A DNA stretch of 64,000 bases from Macrostomum lignano (Eukaryota), in contig NIVC01003174.1 in NCBI GenBank assembly GCA_002269645.1, forward strand, positions 50,161 through 114,160, given 5' to 3'. Positions 36,401 to 48,600 of the stretch are shown here, piece by piece. Positions within the stretch are counted from its first letter, which is position 1, and every line of letters starts with the position of its first letter. Made by a program: the position numbers and the translations under genes. The notes beneath the pieces are model-generated. The model was given only the letters and a program-made list of their open reading frames with translations. It was not told the origin of the DNA and did not search any database.

Positions 36401-39400
36401 ATTGGGGCAGGTGTAATCAAATAATTTTTATTGATAAAACTTGCCTGTTAGCGAACTCCTTCTGCGTACCCAGCAGGCTAGGCTTGACAAAGCTAACCAT
36501 GGTATAGTATTCAATCAGATTGTTCTGCAGCGGCGTGCCGGTCAGCACAATCCTACGCTTGGTTCGAATCTCGCACATGGCTTTGGATAAGCCGGTGGCG
36601 CCAGATTTGAGCACGTGACCTTCGTCGCAGACCACAATGTCCGGGCCTGGGTCCAGCAGTGCTCGGCGATAAAGTTCGCGCTGCTTCCGCTTGTTAGACA
36701 GGCCGCGACCCTTGAGCAGGCGGGGCATTCGATTGTCAAGCTATGCACTAATCCGATTGCGAAGAATCTTCTACTTGTATTGCAGGTATAGTTACTCTTG
36801 CCGTTTACCCTAAGAAATAATGTAGACAATGAATTACCTGAGCCAAATTGCGAAACATATCGTAATTAACAATAAGCACGCCGCCAGTCTCCATAAATTC
36901 TCGGCAGGCGGTCAATCGATCGCTACCCAGTCGCATGCTGGTCAGCTCGCGGATAGGTAACGGGGACTCGCCGAATCTACAGTTGGCCGGTTTGTGAAAT
37001 CAGCTGCTGCTTGCTGAATCTGAGCACCCAACTCAGCCACTGAATTGCTATTGGGGGAATCTGAGCACACAACTCAGCCACTGAATTGCTATTGGGGGAA
37101 TCTGAGCACACAACTCAGCCACTGAATTGCTATTGGGGGAATCTGAGCACACAACTCAGCCACTGAATTGCTATTGGGGAATCTGAGCACACAACTCAGC
37201 CACTGAATTGCTATTGGGGGATCTGAGCACACAACTCAGCCACTGAATTGCTATTGGGGGGATCTGAGCACACGACTCAGCCAATGAATTGCTATTGGGG
37301 GAATCTGAGCACCCAACTCAGCCCAGGAATTGCTATTGGTGGAATCTGAGCCAGAGAAAAATGAAAAAAGCGCTTTCGCACCGTCTTTGAGTAGCTTCAT
37401 CGCCTAGCCACATTCGGAACTCGTTAGTCCAATTCAGCGCCACATTCAGCGGACAGACAATCAGAGCGGAGCGAGCGCCAAGCGGCGCCTTCGGACTGCA
37501 GCGGCGCATCACAGCGTGCAGAAAAGCAATCACTGACAGGCTCTTACCGAGGCCCATGCAGTGTGCCAGCAGGGCGCCTGACCCAGCAGATCCGCGCCGG
37601 GTCTCCGCTGCACTCTCGAATAGACAATCGTATAGGAACTGCACCGCATCCGCCTGGTGCGGCTTCAGATGCCGACAGACGCGAGGTGCCACGTCTACTA
37701 AGGACTCCCCGGTGTCTGGCGCTCGCTCCAACGCTAGGGGCGGTGGCGGCGGCGGCGGCGGCGACTGCCTAGCTGGCCGTCGCTTGTGCTTTTTCTCAAC
37801 AACTGACTTTTCATCCAGCTCGACCTTGGTCTCCGAGTCCGACTCTTCCACCGACACCTCTGGCTCGTGTCGCTGCGGTTGCCGGCGCTGCTGCTTTTGG
37901 CGCTCCGCAATTCGGCGAAGGCGTTCCTGAGATGGCGGAGAGTGATTTGCGGCTGCAGGGCGATTCCCCGTGAGGCTGCAGGGCGATTCCCAATGAGGCT
38001 GCAGGGCGATTCCCCATGAGGCTGCAGGGCGATTCCCCTTGAGGCTGCAGGGCGATTCCCCATGAGGCTGCAGGGCGATTCCCAATGAGGCTGCAGGGCG
38101 ATTCCCCATGAGGCTGCAGGGCGATTCCCAATGAGGCTGCAGGGCGATTCCCCATGAGGCTGCAGGGCGATTCCTTATGAGGCTGCAGGGCAATTCCCTA
38201 TGAGGCTGCAGGGCGATTCCCTATGAGGCTGCAGGGTGATTCCTTATGAGGCTGCAGGGCGATTGACCGTGAGGCTGCAGAGCGATTCCTTATGAGGCTG
38301 CAGGGCGATTCCTTATGAGGCTGCAGGGCGATTCCTTATGAGGCTGCAGGGCGATTCCCAATGAGGCTGCAGGGCGATTCCTTATGAGGCTGCAGGGCGA
38401 TTTCCCGTGAGGCTGCAGAGCGATTCCTTATGAGGCTGCAGGGCGATTCCCAATGAGGCTGCAGGGCGATTCCTTATGAGGCTGCAGGGCGATTGACCGT
38501 GAGGCTGCAGAGCGATTCCTTATGAGGCTGCAGGGCGATTCCTTATGAGGCTGCAGGGCGATTCCCCATGAGGCTGCAGGGCGATTCCTTATGAGGCTGC
38601 AGGGCGATTTCCCGTGAGGCTGCAGAGCGATTCCTTATGAGGCTGCAGGGCGATTCCCAATGAGGCTGCAGGGCGATTCCCTATGAGGCTGCAGGGCGAT
38701 TGCCCATGAGGCTGCAGGGCGATTCCCCTTGAGGCTGCAGGGCGATTCCCCATGAGGCTGCAGGGCGATTCCCCTTGAGGCTGCAGGGCGATTCCCTATG
38801 AGGCTGCAGGGTGATTCCTTATGAGGCTGCAGGGCGATTGACCGTGAGGCTGCAGAGCGATTCCTTATGAAGCTGCAGGGCGATTCCTTATGAGGCTGCA
38901 GGGCGATTCCTTATGAGGCTGCAGGGCGATTCCCAATGAGGCTGCAGGGCGATTCCTTATGAGGCTGCAGGGCGATTCCCAATGAGGCTGCAGGGCGATT
39001 CCTTATGAGGCTGCAGGGCGATTGACCGTGAGGCTGCAGAGCGATTCCTTATGAGGCTGCAGGGCGATTCCTTATGAGGCTGCAGGGCGATTCCCAATGA
39101 GGCTGCAGGGCGATTCCTTATGAGGCTGCAGGGCGATTTCCCGTGAGGCTGCAGAGCGATTCCTTATGAGGCTGCAGGGCGATTCCCAATGAGGCTGCAG
39201 GGCGATTCCCTATGAGGCTGCAGGGCGATTGCCCATGAGGCTGTAGGGCGATTCCCCTTGAGGCTGCAGGGCGATTCCCCATGAGGCTGCAGGGCGATTC
39301 CCCTTGAGGCTGCAGGGCGATTCCCCATGAGGCTGCAGGGCGATTCCCAATGAGGCTGCAGGGCGATTCCCCATGAGGCTGCAGGGCGATTCCTTATGAG

Positions 39401-41316
39401 GCTGCAGGGCAATTCCCTATGAGGCTGCAGGGCGATTCCTTATGAGGCTGCAGGGCGATTCCTTATGAGGCTGCAGGGCGATTCCTTATGAGGCTGCAGG
39501 GCGATTCCTTATGAGGCTGCAGGGCGATTCCTTATGAGGCTGCAGGGCGATTGACCGTGAGGCTGCAGAGCGATTCCTTATGAGGCTGCAGGGCGATTCC
39601 TTGAGGCTGCAGGGCGATTCCTTATGAGGCTGCAGGGTGATTCCTTATGAGGCTGCAGAGCGATTCCTTATGAGGCTGCAGGGCGATTCCTTATGAGGCT
39701 GCAGGGCGATTCCCAATGAGGCTGCAGAGCGATTCCTTATGAGGCTGCAGGGCGATTCCCAATGAGGCTGCAGGGCGATTCCTTATGAGGCTGCAGGGCG
39801 ATTCCTTATGAGGCTGCAGGGCTATTTCCCGTGAGGCTGCAGAGCGATTCCTTATGAGGCTGCAGGGCGATTCCCAATGAGGCTGCAGGGCGATTCCCTA
39901 TGAGGCTGCAGGGCGATTGCCCGTGAGGCTGCAGGGCGATTCCCAATGAGGCTGCAGGGCGATTCCCAATGAGGCTGCAGGGCGATTCCCTATGAGGCTG
40001 CAGGGCGATTCCTTTTGAGGCTGCAGGGCGATTCCTTATGAGGCTGCAGGGCGATTCCCTATGAGGCTGCAGGGCGATTCCCAATGAGGCTGCAGGGCGA
40101 TTCCTTATGAGGCTGCAGGGCGATTTCCCGTGAGGCTGCAGAGCGATTCCTTATGAGGCTGCAGGGCGATTGCCCGTGAGGCTGCAGAGCGATTCCCAAT
40201 GAGGCTGCAGGGCGATTCCTAATGAGGCTGCAGGGCGATTCCCAATGAGGCTGCAGGGCGATTCCTTATGAGGCTGCAGGGCGATTCCTTATGAGGCTGC
40301 AGGGTGATTCCTTATGAGGCTGCAGGGCGATTGCCCGTGAGGCTGCAGAGCGATTCCTTATGAGGCTGCAGGGCGATTCCCAATGAGGCTGCAGGGCGAT
40401 TCCCTATGAGGCTGCAGGGCGATTTCCCGTGAGGCTGCAGAGCGATTCCTTATGAGGCTGCAGGGCGATTCCCTATGAGGCTGCAGGGCGATTGCCCCTG
40501 AGGCTGCAGGGCGATTGCCCGTGAGGCTGCAGGGCGATTCTTTATGAGCCTGCAGTGCGATCACCTATATCTCAATAAGGAGAGGACGACTCTCAATAAG
40601 GCGAGAGGGCGATTGTAAATAAGGCGAGAGGGCGAGTGTAAATAAGGCGAGAGGGCGAGTGTAAATAAGGCAAGAGGGCGATTGTAAATAAGGCGAGAGG
40701 GCGATTGTAAATAAGGCGAGAAGGCGATTGTAAATAAGGCGAGAGGATCACCTATATCTCAATAAGGAGAGGACGACTTTCAATAAGGCGAGAGGGCGAT
40801 TCTCTATAAGGCGAGAGGGCGATTGTAAATAAGGCGAGAGGACTTTTGCAGCAAGGGCGGAGCACAGTTCATATTATCAAAAACTCTAACCCTCTCTGCA
40901 ATTTGAGCCTTCTTAGTAGCCTGGGAGATGTCCTTAGCCTGCATAATCCGCTTTATGTTGCGCCTGCCAACTGAGGCGTCTGGCGACGATTCGGCGTCCG
41001 ACTTGGCGGCGTCGGCCGAGGCCGGAGTCTCCGCCTTGGCCAGCCGAGCCTTCTTGCGCGGCGACACGTACGCCGGTTCGTCGACATCGTCTGCGTTGCC
41101 AGCGTCAGCGGAGGCGTTTCGTCGAGTTCTGCTGCGCCGCGTTGATACGTTCTCTTTACTGCTGCTGCTGCTGCCGTTGCTTTTGTTGGTGATGGAGTCT
41201 TCGTCCACTGCTTTTGCAGCTTTCTTTGCCGGAGAAGCAGCGGCAGCAGCAGCGGCTGCGGCGGCGGCGGCAGCTCTGCTGCGACTAATTCTAGTTGACG
41301 ATTGCCGCCGCTGCAT
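30408..41316 (-). CDS. ATRX: ATRX/XNP SNF2-family chromatin remodeller, ~1079 aa, no ADD domain found. Exons: 41316-40891, 37926-37382, 36976-36838, 36710-36445, 35261-34988, 34452-33756, 33324-32989, 30964-30408
   Basis: [22 protein letters not shown]; HLKPHQ; [11 protein letters not shown]; [14 protein letters not shown]; [14 protein letters not shown]; RVWTHP; SGK..IL; VFSQSL; RLDGST; [42 protein letters not shown]; C-terminal [29 protein letters not shown], which fits ATRX better than RAD54L2. Summed exons are 3240 nt, in frame. The 5' start is uncertain. Confidence 0.9.
31414..32284. mobile_element. hAT-type MITE with internally expanded purine array
   Basis: CAGGGGTCGGCAAAC...GTTTGCTGACCCCTG termini; flanks TTTTAAGC / TTTAAAGC (7 of 8 identical, TSD); homologous to 13069-13299. 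Confidence 0.85.
31540..32150. repeat. Near-pure polypurine 20-bp array inside the MITE
   Basis: gggagaggggaaagaagaga x~25. Confidence 0.95.
32376..32806. mobile_element. CACTCAG-ended MITE-like element, copy 3
   Basis: Same 5' block as 22159 and 28414; ends ..CCGAGTG. Confidence 0.65.
35363..36050. repeat. 41-bp minisatellite in ATRX intron 4
   Basis: agcgccaaaggacaattctcagacaaatgtccggcattgtc x~17. Confidence 0.95.
36150..36430 (+). mobile_element. tRNA-derived SINE with CORE-like domain, copy 3
   Basis: Degenerate head ..gcctagtg..gggtttgattct.., then tgtgtccttgagcaagacacttaac...cagctgtaaaatggg, same body as the other copies. Confidence 0.8.
37015..37350. repeat. 41-bp minisatellite filling most of ATRX intron 2
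   Basis: tctgagcacacaactcagccactgaattgctattgggggaa x~8. Confidence 0.95.
37950..40560. repeat. 23-bp minisatellite, ~113 copies, in ATRX intron 1
   Basis: gaggctgcagggcgatt plus a variable ~6-nt segment. Confidence 0.97.
40565..40845. repeat. Second 23-bp array in ATRX intron 1
   Basis: aaataaggcgagagggcgattgt repeats. Confidence 0.9.
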
Positions 41317-41469
41317 TATTTATTACTAAAATTATTAATACTAATGTACAACTATTTACTACTCTAGTCGGGTTCGCGATTTACAGCAGGAAGGTTTTAA
41401 GAATGATTTTGCGAGTATATAAACTTTAACACTAGTTGTAAAAGCTTAGCATACTAAAAGTTTTCGAGC

Positions 41470-42605
41470 AACTGAGGTGGAAGCTAAACTCCTGAGCTAC
41501 TGAGGTGGAAGCTAAACTCCTGAGCTACTGAGGTGGAAGCTAAACTCCTGAGCTACTGAGGTGGAAGCTAAACTCCTGAGCTACTGAGGTGGAAGCTAAA
41601 CTCCTGAGCTACTGAGGTGGAAGCTAAACTCCTGAGCTACTGAGGTGGAAGCTAAACTCCTGAGCTACTGAGGTGGAAGCTAAACTCCTGAGCTACTGAG
41701 GTGGAAGCTAAACTCCTGAGCTACTGAGATGGAAGCTAAACTCCTGAGCTACTGAGGTGGAAGCTAAACTCCTGAGCTACTGAGGTGGAAGCTAAACTCC
41801 TGAGCTACTGAGATGGAAGCTAAACTCCTGAGCTACTGAGGTGGAAGCTAAACTCCTGAGCTACTGAGGTGGAAGCTAAACTCCTGAGCTACTGAGGCGG
41901 AAGCTAAACTCCTGAGCTACTGAGGTGGAAGCTAAACTCCTGAGCTACTGAGATGGAAGCTAAACTCCTGAGCTACTGAGGTGGAAGCTAAACTCCTGAG
42001 CTACTGAGGTGGAAGCTAAACTCCTGAGCTACTGAGGTGGAAGCTAAACTCCTGAGCTACTGAGGTGGAAGCTAAACTCCTGACCTACTGAGGTGGAAGC
42101 TAAACTCCTGACCTACTGAGGTGGAAGCTAAACTCCTGAGCTACTGAGGTGGAAGCTAAACTCCTGACCTACTGAGGTGGAAGCTAAACTCCTGAGCTAC
42201 TGAGGTGGAAGCTAAACTCCTGAGCTACTGAGGTGGAAGCTAAACTCCTGAGCTACTGAGGTGGAAGCTAAACTCCTGACCTACTGAGGTGGAAGCTAAA
42301 CTCCTGAGCTACTGAGGTGGAAGCTAAACTCCTGAGCTACTGAGGTGGAAGCTAAACTCCTGAGCTACTGAGGTGGAAGCTAAACTCCTGAGCTACTGAG
42401 ATGGAAGCTAAACTCCTGAGCTACTGAGGCGGAAGCTAAACTCCTGAGCTACTGAGGTGGAAGCTAAACTCCTGAGCTACTGAGGTGGAAGCTAAACTCC
42501 TGAGCTACTGAGGTGGAAGCTAAACTCCTGAGCTACTGAGATGGAAGCTAAACTCCTGAGCTACTGAGGCGGAAGCTAAACTACTGAGCTACTGAGGTGG
42601 AAGCT
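41470..42605. repeat. Highly homogeneous 28-bp minisatellite upstream of ATRX
   Basis: actgaggtggaagctaaactcctgagct x~40. Confidence 0.97.
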
Positions 42606-43521
42606 AAGCTTAGAATTAAAGTATTTGATGTAATTTCACACTTCAAAAGTGAAAGTCGCGGAAATAGCCGAAACAATAACCACTAGAAGCCCACAGCTTT
42701 CTAAAGTGACGGAGTGGAAATGTCAAGGTGAAGCATTGCTAAAAATGCTGCTTGGATTCAACGTGCAAGTCAATCTAATTAGCATAGGAAGATGGAATAA
42801 AGTCACAGCATCTCTAGCCAGACTGAGAATCAGATTACGCAACTGGAAAAATCTGGATTTTTCAATGGCAGCACAAGCAAGCAGGTCCACTCAGTTAGGG
42901 CGCGCGTGAAAAATAAACAGCAATGCGGACTGCACCCAAATCCGGACTAATTTGCACTTTTTCAACTTGTCAATTCAAAGCGAATGTTGTGGTTAAACTC
43001 TGGAAAAAATAGTGCTGATGCGACAAATTAAAAAATGAAAATAGACACTTCGCCGACGACAGGTGAGATCACACGGCCAAAGGCGAGACTTATTTTGAGA
43101 TAGCAACTTTCCACCCTGTAGTTTAGTGCCTTGTCAATCATTTCGCACAATCTGAAATCCAGGGCCAGACTAGCAGAGCAAATAGCTAGCTGAATTGTTT
43201 GCCAATGTGTCAATTGTGCTCAAGTGGTTCGCTAGCGCTGAGCAAGGTTTTTATCAACACACGATTCGGGAACATTGATTCGCTCATACTCTCCTTGGCC
43301 TCCAGTGCTGGAATCTTACTGGCTGTGTAACCCAGCGGCTCATTGGCCGACTGCCAAGAAAGTCACTCTTAGATTTCCTGCTTATTACACTCAGAAACAG
43401 ATATATAGGGACGCCGCCGAGCCAATAAAGACGCAATTCCAGCCACAAAAAGCGACTATCTTATTCAAAAAAGGAATCTGAACAGATCCTACAATCGCAA
43501 GCCTTAGATAATAGGGCCATC

Positions 43522-43995
43522 ATGCCCAGTGCTGCACGCGACATGCCAGGAATCACGCTTAGCAACAACAGCAGCAACGGACTTAACACGGCAAGTCGAA
43601 GCAAGCAAGCAGCTTCGCAAGATCACCAACAGCAGCAGCTAACCAACTCTGAGCTATACGAGATCCGACAACGCCAGCAGCGAGACAAACGCGAAGAAGT
43701 GACCTGGGAGACCAGCAGCTACGATCGGGACCGGGGCCGCATGGTCCGATCATTAAACATCGTAGAGAGAAATCGATTAGTTGAACGGCAGCGCCAGCTA
43801 GACAAGGAGATGGAGCAGCGAATGCGAGACATCCGTCTGGCCCAGTCGGCCGTTGCCAGCCAGCAGACGGCGAGCCTGAACGGACGGAGCCGCAGGCGGG
43901 CAGCTTCGCAGCAGGACTTGGCTGCAGCCGGCAGCTCCGATGCCAGCTACAGATCGCACTCTGGCAGCTGCGCAGCGGCTCTGGGTACTCGATGA
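43522..43995 (+). CDS. Probable single-exon small coiled-coil protein (~150-157 aa), family not recognised
   Basis: GC-rich ORF in AT-rich surroundings with composition like neighbouring exons; charged helical segment LNIVERNRLVERQRQLDKEMEQRMRDIRLAQ; AATAAA shortly after the stop. Confidence 0.55.
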   Translation: MPSAARDMPGITLSNNSSNGLNTASRSKQAASQDHQQQQLTNSELYEIRQRQQRDKREEVTWETSSYDRDRGRMVRSLNIVERNRLVERQRQLDKEMEQRMRDIRLAQSAVASQQTASLNGRSRRRAASQQDLAAAGSSDASYRSHSGSCAAALGTR

Positions 43996-44669
43996 CAGTG
44001 CCGATAAATAAATATGCGGATAAACTATCTCTATACAGTATTTCATATTCATAATTTCTCATTTATATTAACTCTGTGTACAATTTGACAATGCAATAAT
44101 GCACTAAACTTTTAAGGAAAAGTAAGCGTCAGAATGATAGGAGATAAATAACCCGATTCGTACTAGAATGATGGTAGCTTACTCCTATATGTAACTATGT
44201 AGCCGACGTGACTGTCATACTTTCTAACAAATAAAAATATCAAATAAAAAAGACTGGTGCAAGTCAACAAAGTCGACAAAAGAAAATAGAGAAACATTTT
44301 TAACGCTTTTACTTATAAACAGAAACATATGCGCTGCAAATGCGAGCAAAAGCAACTACTAATGGTACATAATGCAGATTGAAAATGTCATATACGAGTA
44401 TAATATGAAATTTATTAACAGCTAGTTAATAGCCTAGCATATTCAACTAACATGAATTCAATACAATCCTAAAAAACAAAAGCCCGTAATATTAATGCAC
44501 CACAATGAAAATATATTTTTAGCGCCTTGGGCTAGCACTAAATAATAATTTGCCACTTGTTAATCCCAATAATTAGATTCATGAAATAGCCTTTAATGAA
44601 ATCCACATATAATAAATGCGTGTCTATAAAATGCTTGCGAGTAGTTTGTCTTTAGAGGTGGGATAGATT

Positions 44670-45565
44670 AGCAATCCATTCTATTCTATCCTCTGATGTT
44701 GACAATAGATTAAAAATCCATTCTATTCTATCCTCCGATGTTGACAATAGATTAGCAATCCATTCTATTCTATCCTCTGATGTTGACAATAGATTAAAAA
44801 TCCATTCTATTTTATTCTCCGATGTTGACAATAGATTAGCAATCCATTCTATTCTATCCTCTGATGTTGACAATAGATTAACAATCCATTCTATTCTATC
44901 CTCTGATGTTGACAATAGATTAGCAATCCATTCTATTCTATCCTCTGATGTTGACAATAGATTAGCAATCCATTCTATTCTATCCTCTGATGTTGACAAT
45001 AGATTAAAAATCCATTCTATTCTATCCTCCGATGTTGACAATAGATTAACAATCCATTCTATTCTATCCTCCGATGTTGACAATAGATTAACAATCTATT
45101 CTATTCTATCCTCTGATGTTGACAATAGATTAGCAATCCATTCTATTCTATCCGCTGATGTTGACAATAGATTAAAAATCCATTCTATTCTATCCGCTGA
45201 TGTTGACAAAAGATTAACAATCCATTCTATTCTATCCGCTGATGTTGACAAAAGATTAACAATCCATTCTATTCTATCCGCTGATGTTGACGATAGATTA
45301 AAAATCCATTCTATTCTATCCGCTGATGTTGACAATAGATTAGCAATCCATTCTATTCTATCCGCTGATGTTGACAAAAGATTAACAATCCATTCTATTC
45401 TATCCGCTGATGTTGACAAAAGATTAACAATCCATTCTATTCTATCCGCTGATGTTGACAATAGATTAGCAATCCATTCTATTCTATCCGCTGATGTTGA
45501 CAAAAGATTAACAATCCATTCTATTCTATCCGCTGATGTTGACAATAGATTAGCAATCCATTCTT
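44670..45565. repeat. 42-bp minisatellite just 3' of the INTS7 stop
   Basis: aatagattagcaatccattctattctatcctctgatgttgac x~21. Confidence 0.95.
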
Positions 45566-45660
45566 TCTATTCCTTCTTGCCTTGTAGCGAGCAATAGAGT
45601 TTATTGAAGCAAAAAAGCAAAGCTTCAACAGTAACTCTTCCATCTGCCCCCCCCCCCAAG

Positions 45661-48600
45661 TCAGTTGGAGACCCGCACGTACACTCTCTCCTTCTCAACG
45701 GCGCTCCATTGAGCTCCGGTCTTGTCAATCGGGTGCACATGTACTTTAATAAGATAGAGTCCCGGCCGCCGATTGAAGCTCAGCACGAACTGCTTGCTGA
45801 AATAGTCTGTTGGCACTGGCAGCGTAGCCGTCAGCCGCTGCTGCCAGCCGCCTCTAGCAGATGTTGCCGACTCGAATCCGGCGGCGATGTCGGAGCCGCT
45901 AGCGGCTGTCGAGTGCGGCCGGACGGCAACTACGACAGCGACGCTGGCTAATCTGCGGAGCAGAACCGGGCCAGTCTGCTCCACAACGCCTTCGACTTTC
46001 AATACGTAGTCTACGCCGACTTTGACTGGCTCAGGATTGGCCGCCGCCCGGCGAGCCGGGGTCACGTGCAGGCTGATTCTGGTGCGCTGAAGGCGCTGGA
46101 AAAAATAGCGCGGCAAGCAGAACGGGCAGCGGAGCAGGCGCCACAGCGTCTCCAGTAGCAGCTCGCGACCAGCTGGCGAGTTTAGGCTGTGTTGACTGCG
46201 TAGCTGGGTAAGGCTGAAGGATGGAGAAGTGGCTGATGGATAATGGATTGCTAATCTAGCTTATGGATTGCTAATCTAGCTTATGCATTGCTAATCTAGT
46301 TTATGGATTGCTAATCAAGCTTATGGATAGCTAATCTAGCTTATGGATTGCTAATCTAGCTTATGGATTGCTAATCTAGCTTATGCATTGCTAATCTAGC
46401 TTATTGGATTGCTAATCTAGCTTATTGGATTGCTAATCTAGCTTATGGATTGCTAATCTAGCTTATGGATTGCTAATCTAGCTTATGCATTGCTAATCTA
46501 GCTTATTGGATTGCTAATCTAGCTTATGGATTGCTAATCTAGCTTATGGATTGCTAGTCTAGCTTATTGGATTGCTAATCTAGCTTATGGATTGCTAATC
46601 TAGCTTATGGATTGCTAGTCTAGCTTATGGATTGCTAATCTAGCTCATGGATTGCTAATCTAGCTTATGGATTGCTAGTCTAGCTTATGGATTGCTAATC
46701 TAGCTTATGGATTGCTAATCTAGCTTATGGATTGCTAATCTAGATTATGGATTGCTAATCTAGCTTATGGATTGCTAGTCTAGCTTATGGATTGCTAATC
46801 AAGCTTATGGATTGCTAGTCTAGCTTATGGATTGCTAGTCTAGCTTATGGATTGCTAATCTAGCTGATGGATTGCTAGTCTAGCTGATGGATTGCTAATC
46901 TAGCTCATGAATTGCTAATCTAGCTTATGGATTGCTAGTCTAGCTTATGGATTGCTAATCTAGCTTATGGATTGCTAATCTAGCTTATGGATTGCTAATC
47001 TAGCTTATGGATTGCTAATCTAGCTTATGGATTGCTAATCTAGCTTATGGATTGCTAGTCTAGCTTATGGATTGCTAATCAAGCTTATGGATTGCTAATC
47101 TAGCTTATGGATTGCTAGTCTAGCTGATGGATTGCTAATCTAGCTCATGAATTGCTAATCTAGCTTATGGATTGCTAATCTAGCTCATGAATTGCTAATC
47201 TAGCTTATGGATTACTAAATGATCTTATAGATTTGGCTAATCTGACACATGCGAGCGTATTCTCTATGGTATGATAATTATATACCGAATTGACTGCTAA
47301 TCAGGCCTATGTACCCCCAATAATGATAGATTGTGTATATGGTTTTGGAGGTAGACAATGATAAATTTTTAACGAGTGGCGAAGCCACGAGTGACTAAAA
47401 TTTATCATTGTCTATGACAAAACCATATACACAAACACATTGTCTCATGAATGTATTTTTAGAAGCCTAAAATAATGATTCCTAAGCGTGGAATAATAAG
47501 CGTACAGCATGACACAATGTTTTTGCATACCTATTCCATTTATGTTGACAAATCAACATAGAACTGAGATTTTTAACACAGACAAACTTTAGCAACAAAA
47601 ATAAATCTATGTTGGTAAAGAACGCGTGCAAAATCTCACTTTCGCACGCTACTTGTTATCAGCTAGCACGGTTGCTAACCTCCTGTTGCTAATCTAGAAA
47701 ATGAAATCGCTCTGAAAACAGACATATACGTATATATGCCCTAGTTGGTTTCTGCTGACGGCTGTGCCAGACGGGTTTAAAGTTCTTTAATATGCTCAAT
47801 ACTAACATACCCGCATAGTAACAGCTAATAGAATAAGACTGAAAGGTTGGAGTTGATCTTTTAATTAATAAAACTGACCACTTGTACTTTTAAACCCTAG
47901 AACCAAGGCGCATACTGTATAGCATAGCCAGAGATTCGATAGAAAATAACAGCAACACTCACCGATCCCAGCAGGTGTCAACAATGCTCTGCATCAGCTG
48001 GCACTGAGTAGCGCACGCGTACGGCAGCTGAGATCGTTGCCAAGCAACTTGACCAGCAGACTCCGCTGAGCCTGCATCTGCGTCATCAAGCATCGGATCG
48101 TCTTTATCGGCATCTTCAGTTGGCGAAGCCGACGGTGTCGGGATGATCAGCGGCAGCGGCGGAGGCGGATTATCCGTTGCGGCATCGTAAGCGGCCAGAG
48201 CCCGCATTAGCGAGGCCAACGCGGTCATCTGCCAGGCCAGGCAGTCCACCTGCGCCAGGCTGCCAGGATCAGCGTCCACGCAGGCGGCTCGTAGGCGGCG
48301 AGCTGCGGCCGCCTCGGCGTCAGCTTCGTCGGCGGCGGCGGCGAGTTGTACAGCGGCCAGACGGCCCGGCTGCAGCTGATAGGCAAGCGTGGCGAACGAC
48401 TGGCAGGCGGCGACGAAGTGGAAGCGGCGGCCTGGATTTAAAGGTTGGGGAGGAGGCTCGATTATTCAGGGCAGATTATCAGAGATTGTCAGGTCGGAAT
48501 ATCAGAGATTGTCAGGGCGGATTATCAGAGATTGTCAGGTCGGAATATCAGAGATTGTCAGGGCGGATTATCAGAGATTGTCAGGTCGGAATATCAGAGA

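Noticed and set aside
37950-40560. CRISPR-like appearance (constant repeat plus variable segment); also 23360-24127 and 50740-53300
   Set aside because: The variable parts are only ~6 nt and recur, there are no unique 25-45 nt spacers and no cas genes, and the context is a eukaryotic intron.
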